Shown here piece after piece: positions 27,367-40,900 of a stretch of 64,000 bases of DNA. The stretch lies in assembly GCA_051294375.1 (NCBI GenBank), contig CM119265.1, positions 1,378,161 to 1,442,160 on the forward strand. The letters are read 5' to 3'. This stretch comes from Paraspadella gotoi (taxonomy: Eukaryota > Animalia > Chaetognatha). The notes beneath the pieces are model-generated. The model was given only the letters and a program-made list of their open reading frames with translations. It did no database searches and had not been told where the DNA came from. Position 1 is the first letter of the stretch. Every line of letters begins with the position of its first letter. The translations under genes and the position numbers were made by a program.

Positions 27367-28601
27367 GATAGATAATATTAAACACATGCAAACGAAATAT
27401 CCATAATCGTTTACACGTTTGTCAACTTTGGCTCTGAAGGACGAAGCGGCGGCTTCAAGACAGAATTTGCAAATGAAACTTGGATTTACTTATTTACTCA
27501 GGCTGGTGAAACTGTGACGACATTTTTTAAAACTTAAAAAGTAAATATAGACTTTTGCGTAAGGGACTTCTCTCCTCAATTGGTTGTAAATATTCATTCC
27601 AATCAAAAATAGGAAGGAATTATAAAAATACTTACTTATGTAGTCATTTGTTTTCCCCCCATGCAAAAATTATATTATCTGCATATATCATTATTTTCAA
27701 GAAAAATATTTTCGTGCTAATTTTTCCTTTCTCTTCTCGCAATTTTCCATTAAAAATTTCATAATATAATTAGGGTAAAGGTTAAGAAAAGGTTAAGGAA
27801 TAAAGATTAGTTTAGTGATAGGGTTAGGGATTAGCGTTAGAAACTCTTTAGGTTTTAGGGTTAGGGTTGGGTTAAGATTAGGTTAAGGTATAAAGATGAA
27901 GAAGTTAAAAATTATGGGTTTGGGATAAGGCTGATGGGTTTGGTTATATATTTAAGGTTAATAATTAAGAGTTAAACAAGTTTGAGCAAACAATGTCGGA
28001 GGATTTCTCTGTCCTAACGATAAATTAATTATTAATTAATATGATAATTAATTAATTAATTAATGAGAATTAATTAATTAATTATTAATAGATTAATTAA
28101 TTAATTATTTAAATAATTAATTATAATTTATAATTCGCTTGTCCTCATCGATTTCCTTAAATTGAGTCAAGGACAGTTATTAAATGTTTTGGTTTAACAT
28201 TTATCAAAAACCAAACAAATATCCTATATTATCGAGATTGAATTTCGGTTTCGCTTTCCCGGGATCACGCTTTTTTGCAATCAATGTTCTGAGTGTGATA
28301 TCAAGGGAGTTGAAATTTCATATATGGCTTCTAAGATCAAGATTCTCTTTAAAATTCCTCATGTTTCAATACACATCACACATATCAATAATTCGTTTTT
28401 GTTTTGTTTTATTTACTAAAACAAAAACGGTTTATTAATGTCGCTCTTCTCTCTCTTTCTTTTCTTTTAAATATAATCGGGTTCGCTCTCTCTCCTCTCT
28501 CTTTTTTCCTCACGTCACTACTGATTTTCTTCTCTGATTTGTCTTAAAACACGAGTTCCCGGCCTGGCAGCGTCTGTCCAGCTTCTTTCTCTCTCGTCTC
28601 T

Positions 28602-28636
<35 letters not shown>

Positions 28637-29978
28637 ACAAAAAATTTTTTTTAGATATAATGTGGGAGGCTCATTAATGTAAAAAACGATGCCGCGAATC
28701 AGGTGCGAACGCCCGGGTCGTTTGGGGGTTAACGAAAGTACGAACTACGGGTCCAGCGCCATGGTACTGCTGATTCTTTAACAGTAAGGGGCTGTAGAGC
28801 TTCTTCTTCTCTACTCTCTTGTTAAAATTATTATATATGCTCTTTCCTCTCTCGTCTCCTTTTTCTTCCCCCCTTCTCTGCAGGCGTAAGCGGGCTGTCT
28901 CTCTCTTAGAGAGCGCGGTGTCTCTCTCTTTTCCTTCCTTTTTCTTCCTCTTCTGTGTGTGTTGTCCCTCCTCTCCTGGTCCGATCTATTCTTTTGCGGT
29001 GATCGTGTTTTGGCTTTTGTTGAAAAAAAATTTCTGATTATTTTGATTTTTTTTTTTTTTTCCTTCCTTCTTCCTTCCCTCTCCTTCTTTAAAAAAACTA
29101 AAAATTTTTTTATAAATATTTTATTACCCGTACAGCGGTCACATTACTTCAACGTCTATGACCCGATATTGAATTTTATTCGGGTGGGAGCGTCAAAGCT
29201 TTTTTTTTTTTTTTTCCCTTTATTTTTTTTTTTTTTTTTTTTTTTTTTGTTCCCCCTTTTTTTTTTTTTTTTCTTTTTTTTTTCACAAATACAAAATCCG
29301 CATATTTTCATGCGAGATTTTTCGTGGATTTATTCTCTATCTTTCTCTCTTCTCTTCTCTCTCCAGGTGCTCCCCGCTCGCGTCACGCGCCGTCCAAATT
29401 GACCCCTCTCCCCTCGCCGCTCCCGCCTCCCTCTCTCACGACACCCGCTCCCTACTTCTCTCTCTCTCTCTTTCTCTCTTCATTCTCTCCTCTCCTCTCT
29501 TCTCTCTTTCACTCATACATACACCGCATTTTTTTTTATTGACTATCATCATCGCTCAATGAATGACAATCATTTCGCATCAGTGAATCATCACACGCGT
29601 GAAATTAACTATCTCGCATCAATAATTGATTATCAATCGATCATAATCATTATACCACTATTACAGTATATCAATAAATTACATTACAGGAAAAAAATGA
29701 ATTAAAAAAAAAACAAAACTCAATCAATTAGTATTACCCCGTTAATAAATATCAATTACTAATTACAATCAATAATCCGTTTCGCATGCTTCTCCTTCAT
29801 CTCCTTTTTTACGTTTTCTGACTTTTCGTTTTTTTCCTTCTTCTCCTCGGTTTTTTTCATTAATTTTCTCTTTGATAGTTGGGGGGGCTGGGCTCCTGGT
29901 GCTCGATCTTGGTCTTTATTATATAAGGATTTTTTTTATTTTTTTTTTATTTTTTTTTTTTTTTTTTTTATTTTTTTT

Positions 29979-30019
<41 letters not shown>

Positions 30020-30363
30020 TTTAAATGTAAATTATTATATGTCTCTCTTCCTTCTCTGCATTCCTCTCCTCTCTCTCACAACTCTCCTCTCTCCTCTCAC
30101 TCTTCTTTCTCTCTCACTTCTCACGTCGTCTTCTCTTCACTTCTCTCTTTCTTCTCACTTTCCTCTCTCTCTCTTCTCTCTTTTTATGCCAATAGCGACG
30201 ATCCTTATGCTTTTAAGATTATTTAACTTGCATCATTTTTTCCAACTTGCATCATTTTTTTTTCAACTTGCATTCCGTGTGTCCGAAAAGAACGTCATAG
30301 AGTTGTAGTATCATCTGAGGGCTTCGTGTGAGCCCGAGCTCACTGATACACTACGTAGACTCC

Positions 30364-30400
<37 letters not shown>

Positions 30401-30527
30401 TAAGGTGTTTTCAAATCTACGAATCAAATATTAAACACCATGAAAAAAAAGCGAAATATCATAATCGTTTCACGTTGCTCAACTTTAGCAAACATTACTT
30501 CTCCTTGAAATTCCTGCACTTTGCTTG

Positions 30528-30563
<36 letters not shown>

Positions 30564-30637
30564 CTCTCCTCTCTCTCTCTCTCTCTACTTTTACTTTATA
30601 CCCTNNNNNNNNNNNNNNNNNNNNNNNNNCCGTGAAG

Positions 30638-30675
<38 letters not shown>

Positions 30676-32727
30676 GAGAGAGAGAGAGCAGAGAGAGAGA
30701 GAGAAGAGAGAGAGAGAAATTTTATTTGTCGCGTCAAGAAAGGAAAGAATGTGGGAATTTAGGGAAAGCGAAAAACAAATTGTTAATTGAAGCTAAAATA
30801 CTAGTGGTTCAAACATCTTAAGACTGATTGCTAATCAATATATTTTTCAATACTAATAGGCTATGTTTTTTTTTTTTGGACCAGAAAAAAAATATATTCC
30901 CACAAGCTAATTAATGAGTTTTTTTATGATTTATAAAAAAAGTTGAGGCTTTCAAATGTTTTATTTTCTTCCACATGCGCCGCTACGGGTTATATATTCG
31001 ATGTAAAACGATCATTAAGATGTATATAATAGAGTTTCCGGTTTCATTGTGAAATTCGTTTGGTTCTGAGTCAGTCAAGTTGGTCTCTTCACTTTCCAAG
31101 TCAAAATATTCACGAGGGAAGGAAAGGAGGAGGGAAGAGAGAAAAGGAAAGGGAGACAAAGAGAGGAAAGAGAATTAAGAAAGGAGGAAAATGGAAAATG
31201 GTGCGCCAGCGCCATTCATAGTAAATCGCTTTCAAGAATTAACAATGAACCTGTTACTTAACCTCGGTAAAATATTTTATAATTTGAAAAAAAAGAATTA
31301 TTGTCTTGGTTTCTTCTATTGTTTTTCGTTGGTTGAATATCTTAGAAACAGATATTTGATCTTTCACAACGGAATTTTATTATTATAAATGCAGACATCT
31401 TTCGAACAATAATTTTTGTTCCTTTCATCAGTGCACTTTGAAACTGATGGAAAAACAAAATATTCTTAAAAAAAAATATATAAATATTATAGTTAATATT
31501 TTAGTCATTATTTAACTACATCACACTTTTGTTTAATTTACTTAGAATGAAGATAATTTACTTAAATCATCGTTCATAATTTTTTTCAACATGCATAGTT
31601 TTTTTTAAACTTGCATAATATTTTCCAATTTGGAATAATTTTTTTCATTAGCAAATTTTTCAACTTTCATAATTTTTTCAATTAGAATATTTTTTTAAAT
31701 TTTATAATTTTTCTCAAAAGAGAGGAGAAAAAGAAGGGGAGGAAGAAAAAATATAAAAGAAAAAAAAATGACTTAAGAAAATTATTTAAACAAGCAAAAA
31801 AAAGACAACGAAATATTTTTTCTTAATTTAAAAAAATAAATCAAGAAAAAAGAAATCGGGAAACAGCCTCTAATCTCCAAGTCCAAAATTTTAGTTGTGT
31901 CTCTTTTCTTGTCTGAAAAAAAATCGGGGCTCAGTTTGGGGTAAATCTGAGACTGTTTGGGTCATACTGGAGTTTGGGGTCAGACTGATGTCACTATCGA
32001 TAAAAAAAAAACGTTTTTCAGTCTAAAACATCAGTAGCGTTAATGTGGTATAGATGATTATAAAATGAGTAGTTATATGAAACTTTTTTAGGTTATTTTA
32101 AATTTTGGAGAGCGTTCACACTCCCATTTACATTTTAAAACTCTTTTATTTAAAAAAAATCCATATGTTGTGTTTATTGGTTGTTTTGTTGTTTATGTCA
32201 GTTGCGATCAAAGTGTTATTTTGAGAAGCGATCATGCGACATGCGATCATGCGATCATGCGATCATAGCGATCATGTGATTCTTTCCTCGGTCGCTATGG
32301 CAATCACAATTTCGTAAAATTCCCAAATTATTATTAAATTTACTTTGTGCAATTAACTAAATTTTCAAGAAGATGTTATTTGTTGTTTGCCAAAAGTTAA
32401 TGAGACAACTAGTTACTTAATTAATCGACTGTTGGTATTAAATAAAAAAGCTTAGTAGATGAGACAAGCTTAATTAATCAGACATGCTAGTTAATGAGAC
32501 ATACATAGTGCGTTTGGCGTTTCATGCTAATTACTTCCTTTAGGTGGCAATTATTGTGCCTGACGCACATCAATTTGCTTTCATGCATATATATTTTTTA
32601 AATATTTACCTTTAGCAAATTCCGTGACTTTTAAAAATGGGAAAAGAAAATCCGACAAAAACAAATTATATGAAATCGATTTTCAACGTTTTTTCTTCTT
32701 TTTTTTTGTGTTGAAATGATTGATTAC

Positions 32728-33650
32728 TTTTTTTAGTCGGATCTGCTTTCAGCCAGATCCCGACTCTATATATTCACTTTGTCGTGTTGTCGGTCACCCC
32801 TCAATATTGTCAGGCAGCGACTTATTATCATGTCAGAATACACGAATTATGTAAATTATGCAAAAAAAGAATGTCCATCCCGTCCGTCTGTCCGCCGTCC
32901 ATAACGTCCGTCAGTGCCTCAGTCCCCTCAGTCCGTCCATCCGTCATCCAATGCAGTCGTCAAGTCCGTCCGTCGTCCGACCGTACCTCGTCCGTACCCA
33001 CCTTAGCAAAAACACTAATTACTCATGAGTTGGATGGATGGATTGGAATGACAATTTGTGTGGTGGGTACGGAAAGTGTGTGAATTGACACTGCTATTGA
33101 GATTCCGCATGGAATCATTTGAGTGAAATAAGTCTTAAAGGGAAAAAAAGAAAAAAATATATTCATATTTGAACACCAATTACTCATGAGTGGATGGGGC
33201 GATTGACCCTTGAAATTCTTGTAATTTGGGTAGAAAAGTGTGTTATAAACTGGAAATAAAGTTCGATGGAATCGTTTGAGTGGAAATGAGTTTAAATAGC
33301 AAAAACAAAGAACCTCATCTTCACTAAATTGATTAAGCTTCTTTTTCTTTTTTAATTTTAAATGCTAAATGCCAAGATGTATATTAATCAATAATTAAAT
33401 CATGTTATTAATCAATTAGTCAATTAATTAATCAATAATTAATCATACAAGTCATTAATCAATCAAAACAAACATTTGTGATCAAATATTAATTAATGGC
33501 CTAATTATTTAAATAATTAACAGAATAAATTAATTATTAACTGTAATTAAATAATTAATTAACTTGAATTAATTATTAATTAATTATTATTTAATTAATT
33601 AATACGATAATGATCGGGGCAGATCCGACATTGTTGGCTCAAACTATTGT
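32728..33650 (+). mobile_element. HINE-like element, third representation of 11744-12620
   Basis: ttttttagtcggatctgctttcagccagatcccgact … gcagatccgacattgttggctcaaac with the same flanks. Confidence 0.65.
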
Positions 33651-33816
33651 CTCTCTTCTCACACAAAAAAAATCATTTTTTCTAACATTAAAAATTTATA
33701 TAGGTTTGCTAAAAAAATAATTTGGACACATGAAACAAAAGAACAATTTAAATGACATTATAATAAAAGAAGGGGTTCAGGATGGACAAAAAGGAGAGAG
33801 AGAGCGAAGAGAGAGC

Positions 33817-33860
<44 letters not shown>

Positions 33861-34199
33861 AGAGAGAAGAAATAAGGGAGATGATTGTCAATTTTGTACA
33901 TTTTTTGAATTGAAGTGAAAAAAATGAGACATCGTACTTAACATTATTAAGAATTAAAAAAAATTAGAAAAAGGGGTGATGCCATCTGGTACAAAATTAT
34001 GAGCATTAAATATTCAAATTTGAATTTTGCCTTAAACAGACAAGCTCTCTCTCTCACTCTCTCTCCGGGTCTTTTCATTTATGCATTTCACTTTTTTATT
34101 GTAATTTTATTTTTATTTGAACAATTTTTGCTTCAACAATATTTGCTTTTATTTCATATTAACTTATTCTACACATTTTTTATTTATTGTTTATTTATT

Positions 34200-34237
<38 letters not shown>

Positions 34238-35109
34238 CCGCTCGTCAAAATGAAGAACGAGGAACCAATCGAAAATGTATTGTTCAGCGACTTTGAGCTA
34301 AATTCAAGGCCGCCTCGTTACTGAAGCGGAAATCTGCAACCAGAGACTCATCGATGCCTGCAACCTCGACCGTTGATGCAAAAACCTAATTTATTCCGCG
34401 GAAGTTGAAAGGAGAGAAACAGATTGTTAAGATGTTAAACGTATTTTATTTTATAAGCAAAGAAAGTCAATTAAAATTGTTAGAAAAAACGAAATAAATC
34501 CACTGAAACAGATTAATTTTTTTTTTTAAATCTTCTAATTTAAATTAAACAAAAAAATTCATACAACTACTATTTAAAATATTCTTAAAAATATATCTTC
34601 TTTCAAGCAAAAACCAAAAGTGGAGAAATTCAGTCTTTTTGATTCCCTCTTTTCAGATTTGGATTTCGTGACCAAAATTGTTAACAACATTTTTGATTAA
34701 AGGATTCGGATTCCACGAACCCAACGGAAAAAAAAAGTTTGACCGGACTTGTTAAAACTTTCGTCATGTTATAAAATTATTATCCTTTATTAAATTAACT
34801 TTATAATCTCACTAACATCTAAATATAAATCGAACCGCATTTATAAACTGAGCAACTTGGTTCAAATCATCCTCCACAACAAACTTTTCATTTTTGGGAA
34901 AATCATAGACAATCAAAGATCACAAGATTTGGGTAAGTCAGCCCAAACCTCTGTACTCTTCCACCTACATAGCAAGACCTTTCGCTAAACTATTTAAACA
35001 ATTTCACAAGTTAATATGCATCCAAAATTGTCAACAACATCACGATCACCGAAACTTTCCAAACAAAAATTAGGACGATTTTGGCCAAAAGTCACCAACT
35101 TCGACCAAA

Positions 35110-35146
<37 letters not shown>

Positions 35147-36500
35147 ACGTAATCACTTCACCAAAAATCTTTCGATTTTCGTTAGGTTTTTTTTTTCCTT
35201 TATTTATATTTTTTCTCTTTTTTTCTCGCATCATTTTTCTTCGTATTGATTATTTTCCTCCAAACAAACTTCCCCATATGTTTCACGGTTTGACCCTTTT
35301 TTTTCTTTCTTTCCTTCTTGCCTTCTTTCTTGCTTTCTTTCTTTCCTTCATTCCTTCTTGCTTTTTTTATATCCTTCTTGCCTTTTTTCAAGCTTTTTTT
35401 CTTTCCTTCATTCCCTCTAGGTTTCTTTCTTTCTTTCTTGCCTTCTTTCTTACTTTTTTTTTCTTTCCTTCATTCCTTCTCGCTTTCTTTCTTTCCTTTT
35501 TTCCTTCTTTCTTGCTTTCTTTCTTTCCTTCTTGCCTTCTTTCTTGCTTTCTTTCCTTTTTCCCCTTNNNNNNNNNNNNNNNNNNNNNNNNNNNNNNNNN
35601 NNNNNNNNNNNNNNNNNNNNNNNNNNNNNNNNNNNNNNNNNNNNNNNNNNNNNNNNNNNNNNNNNNNNNNNNNNNNNNNNNNNNNNNNNNNNNNNNNNNN
35701 NNNNNNNNNNNNNNNNNNNNNNNNNNNNNNNNNNNNNNNNNNNNNNNNNNNNNNNNNNNNNNNNNNNNNNNNNNNNNNNNNNNNNNNNNNNNNNNNNNNN
35801 NNNNNNNNNNNNNNNNNNNNNNNNNNNNNNNNNNNNNNNNNNNNNNNNNGGTGGCGGTTCTCTATTCAACTCCCAAATCAAAGTCTGCGATTTTCCGATT
35901 CACGTCTTTTGCGGAAGCAGGAGAAATCCGCATAGGCACGTGTGAGAAAGTTGGAGGGGGGATCTGTGATAGATGATGGGGAGTTGTGATAGAGGCGGAG
36001 GGAGTGATAGAATAGTTGCGATAATGATATGGGTTAAAGTTACGAATCAAGAAGATAATGTTGAGTAACGATTGTGATAGGTTGTAATAAATACGACGTA
36101 ATGATAGAGAAAATGGGAATATTTTATAAAAGAGTTGATGTAATAACTAAATAAATAATTATTAGATATTTTAATAATTAAATTATAATAATAATAGTAA
36201 AATAATTAATTATATTACTGATAGAGTAAGGATAGTGTTTTAAGAATTAATTAATATACACGAAAATATTTGTTCATATCAAAAAAGGGAAGGAAAAACC
36301 ATTTAAAATAATGTCAATTAAAAATTCTTTTGTGAAGATTAAGTTGTGATAGTAACTTTTGTAATAAATTTACTTTTGGATGATTTCACATTTAACAAAA
36401 GAAAAATTCATTCATAAATAAAAACTTAAAAAACTTAAATGGGGAGCAACGCCCTTGTCTAAAAACGACGACGACGACGACGACGAAAACGACGACGATA

Positions 36501-36531
<31 letters not shown>

Positions 36532-36782
36532 TAACGACGACCAGAAAGTCATAATCTTAATGGAGTTTGAAAAAAGTCTCTTACAAAGTATGAAGTTTGA
36601 TGTAAAAATAAGTTGATTGATGACAAAATTGTCAAGAAATGACGAATGACAAAAAATACTAATGAAGACATCGAGTCAGGACGACGACGACGACGACGAC
36701 GACGACAACGACGACCAAGTCAAAAAATTTAGAATTTGATTCATCATTTTATGCAGAGACAGAAAAAACATGGAATTCCCTC

Positions 36783-36882
<100 letters not shown>

Positions 36883-37597
36883 ACGAGAGGTCAAAATCGT
36901 AAAGGATTTTTAATGGACCAGTAAATCGTTAATGAGTAAAACAACAACAACAACAACAACAACAGAAACAATTATTGGTAATATAATTTAAAGCTCACAG
37001 AGGAGAATTAAATTGGCTCTCTTTTCCAAGAATACCCCATATTCGTTCGTTTATCCTCAAGTTTAATTTTATTTTAATACATATTTAACTTGAATATATT
37101 TTTAAACTCATAAACCAATCCCTAACCTAATTTTTAATTTAAAAAAATTAATCTAATTCCGCATTTAAGACAAAATTGGTTGTTTTGGGAAAATAATGTC
37201 ATTAGATTAACTCTTCCCAAAATCTTCACGTTAATTTTTATAACCGACGTTAAATATTTAAACTAATTCCATAAACCGAATGGTCTGGTTTTAAAAAATA
37301 ATTATTTTTTTTTTATTTCCTATAGAATCATCAGCATTCAAGCGGAATAATTTGTTTTTAAAGCCGTGTATACAATTTTTTACATTTTTATTTACAAAAT
37401 ATTTCCTCTTGAGAAAAAGTCGAAAAATGTCGATGACGACGACGACGACGACGACGACGATGGCTACTAAGACAAAGACAAAGAAAATGAAGCAAAAATG
37501 AGAAGATTGTTAATGTTTGGTGAGATATTTTGTGAGATGAGAAAAAGTGGTCAAGAGATGTAAAGATGATCACAGTCCTAATCTTCGTTTCTGTCAT

Positions 37598-37860
<263 letters not shown>

Positions 37861-37948
37861 TAATTACCGTCATTACCCTTTTTACATTATTTTTACTAAC
37901 TCAAAAATACGTCTTTGCCTGCAATGTATGCTCTTTTTTTTATTTTAG

Positions 37949-40900
37949 CAAAAACAAGAAAGAAAGCGACGGTAGAGACCCTGGCGGATCACGAAATAAA
38001 CAAAGAAGAATAGAAAAAAGGTAATAAAACAAAATACGTCAGAAAATACATGTTATTTTATTACAAATACCTGTTGTTTGGTTGATTGATGCAGAAATCT
38101 ATACTAAATTAAAACATTATTTAGATCTTTTATTACTTGTAAAACCTACTTCATTTAAGGATAGTTGAACAATTGCACCATTTTTGACAATAATACATTT
38201 CAAACATTTCTGACATTTGCTATACATTCAAGTTTCATCGCTTCTATCACTTAAATCAGTCGCTATCAATTCTCCCATTCTCTCTCACTTCCATCACAAA
38301 CACCACCTCAGCCTCTATCACTTGTCCCCATTTCTATCACAACAACCATTATCACTCCTCCCACAATCTGGAAGATTTTAAAAAAAATCCACAAAAGAAA
38401 AAAAAATCTCATCTCAGATCGAGATTTTTCCTTGAATCTCAAAACGAGTTTTCATTCATACAAAAATTGGATGCGCTCTTTTCAATTGGCGTTGTTGTTG
38501 TTGTTGTCATTCTTTTTTACCTAAAAAATTCCGATGAAAACCTTTTACAAAATTTAATATCTCTCTCTCTCCCTCTCCCTCTCCAGTAACTCGGGATCAT
38601 CTTACCGTGAGGAGTACAAAGGAAGTCATTCATCCTCATCGTCGTNNNNNNNNNNNNNNNNNNNNNNNNNNNNNNNNNNNNNNNNNNNNNNNNNNNNNNN
38701 NNNNNNNNNNNNNNNNNNNNNNNNNNNNNNNNNNNNNNNNNNNNNNNNNNNNNNNNNNNNNNNNNNNNNNNNNNNNNNNNNNNNNNNNNNNNNNNNNNNN
38801 NNNNNNNNNNNNNNNNNNNNNNNNNNNNNNNNNNNNNNNNNNNNNNNNNNNNNNNNNNNNNNNNNNNNNNNNNNNNNTTTACGATGAAAGGAAATTTTAT
38901 AGCGAAAGATCAAGGTAAAAATTTTTATGGATTCAAATCTTTCTCTCTTTCTCCCTTTCTATCCTTATGTATATCTGTAGTCAGGCTTTGCACAAGTTCA
39001 CCCCGCCTATAAGCACGACACCTTCAGTCGTGACCCAGTGGCTCGTTGTGCAATATCATCAGCTCATGACCATTAGGTACCGGGATCGATCCCCTATGGT
39101 ACCTACCCTGTGGGAAGGGTGAAGACGGCCGGGTTCCAAGCAAAGGACTCTTTCCATTGTTGCTAAGGGGGCGCAGAAGATACATAGAGTAGTCTTCAGC
39201 TTACTTATTGCCTTTTCTCGTCAGCCCAATGTGGTCACCAGTGTGGATAAAGAGTGGGCTGAAGATTACTATCCGTATCTTCTGTGCCCCCTCAACAGCA
39301 ATGCAACTGGTCCTGGGCCTGGAACCAGTCTTTAAGGTTTTCCAGGCCCCAAGACAATTTATTGACATTCTCACGGGGTATCTTATGGTTTTGAGCTGCT
39401 GGTATTACTCAATGAGCTATCGGGTCATGACTGAAAGAGTCATGTTAACTTATGCAATGCCCGACTCCAGATATAAATAAATAATAATAATAAATAAATA
39501 ATAATAATAATAAGAATAATAATAATAATAAATAATAATAAATAAATAAATAGAAAGAAAGAACTTTTTGCAATGATCTCATAAATTCTCATTTTAATAT
39601 CTTTCTTTCTTCCCCCAATTTCTCAGAAATTCGCCCCACCCCTCCTCCTCCTCCTCCTCCTCCTCCTCTCGCCAATCCCCTCCTCGGGATCAAACCTTCC
39701 ATTCCTCCTACAACAACAACGACAACTATGCGTACGACGGCGAAAAATACACGTACGGCGGAGAAAATCAGGCGTACGACGAGAAAAAGTATTCGTACGA
39801 CACGAACGATTACGGACGCGAGTCTGAGTACGGACAGAAAGAAAAGAAAGAGTACAAACGCGAACAGCGCGATTCGTACGAACGAAAGGACCGTTCGTAC
39901 GGACACGAGAAGCATTCGTACGGACACGGTGGCGAAGAAAAGACGAAGGAGTACGGGTACGACGGATACAGCGGAAAGGAGACGTACGCGGGAGAGAGAT
40001 ACCCGGACAAAGGATCCTTCAAGAGCGAGAGGGAATCGTACGACCGAGAGGACGGGAAGAAGAGTACTTACGAAAGGGAGTCGTACAAAGGGAGAAACCA
40101 AGATTCGTACGGCGAGAAGGAGAATTCGTACGGACACTCCTACGATCGATACAACGGGAAAGAAGATGCGTACGGACGATCGGCGGAGATAGAGAGAGAG
40201 ACGATTGGGCGAAGAGGAGAGGGAGAGAAGGAGAAGAGGGTAGGACGAGATGAATTACCGGTGAGGAGGAAGGGGAGGGAGGGAGGAAGGGAGAGGAAAG
40301 GGAGGGCGGGAGAGGGAGAGATGGAGGGAGAGGAGAGGAAGAAAGAGGAGGAAGGGAGTTAGAGGGAGGGAGGAGAGGGGAGGGGAGAGGGAGAGAAGAG
40401 GGGAGATGTGAGGAGATGGAGGGATGGAAGAAAGGAGAGAGGTGGGAGGGAGGGAAAAGAGGAGGAGGAGGGAGGGAGAGGGAAGGAAGAGGGAGGGAGC
40501 GAGGGAGGGATAGATGGAGGGAGAGAGGGAAGAGGGAAGGAAAGAGGGAGGGAGGAAGGAAGGGAGAGAGGGAGGAAGAGAGGGAGGGGAGAAGGGAGGT
40601 GTGAGGAGGGAAGGAAATAGAAGGGGAGGGACAAGGAGAGAGGGATAAAGAATAGGAGGAGGAAGAATATTGTTTCATTTTTGTTACAATACTTTTTATA
40701 ACAGACTTATTTATAATTTTTATATCTAGTCTCATAAAGTAAGTAAAATATAAAGATTAATCGATTTTTCCTTCGGAATTATAATTTTTTTGTATCCAGA
40801 TCCCTGGCTGGACAGAAGAGAAACAACTCCAGCCTACGGTGCCCATAATAGAGCCGCCTCCTACGGCTCCGCCTCTTCCTCTTACGGTGCTGCCTCTTCC

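Larger units (their letters stand above)
8516..33970. repeat. Mosaic of inverted copies of 8516-15640
   Basis: Approximate inverted pairs: 8516-9130/27300-27982; 9393-13245/23135-27087; 13300-15640/17270-20070; 11450-14580/30720-33970; 21450-23135/27974-30280. Confidence 0.85.

Noticed and set aside
34250-34390. Possible minus-strand CCCH zinc-finger exon (GFCINGRGCRHR)
   Set aside because: A stop occurs where the His is needed, and no phase-compatible partner exon could be established.
39589-40735. Minus-strand and Thr/Arg-frame ORFs
   Set aside because: Shadows of the Tyr-rich exon and the purine-rich intron; splice phase supports the ATG-less + frame.
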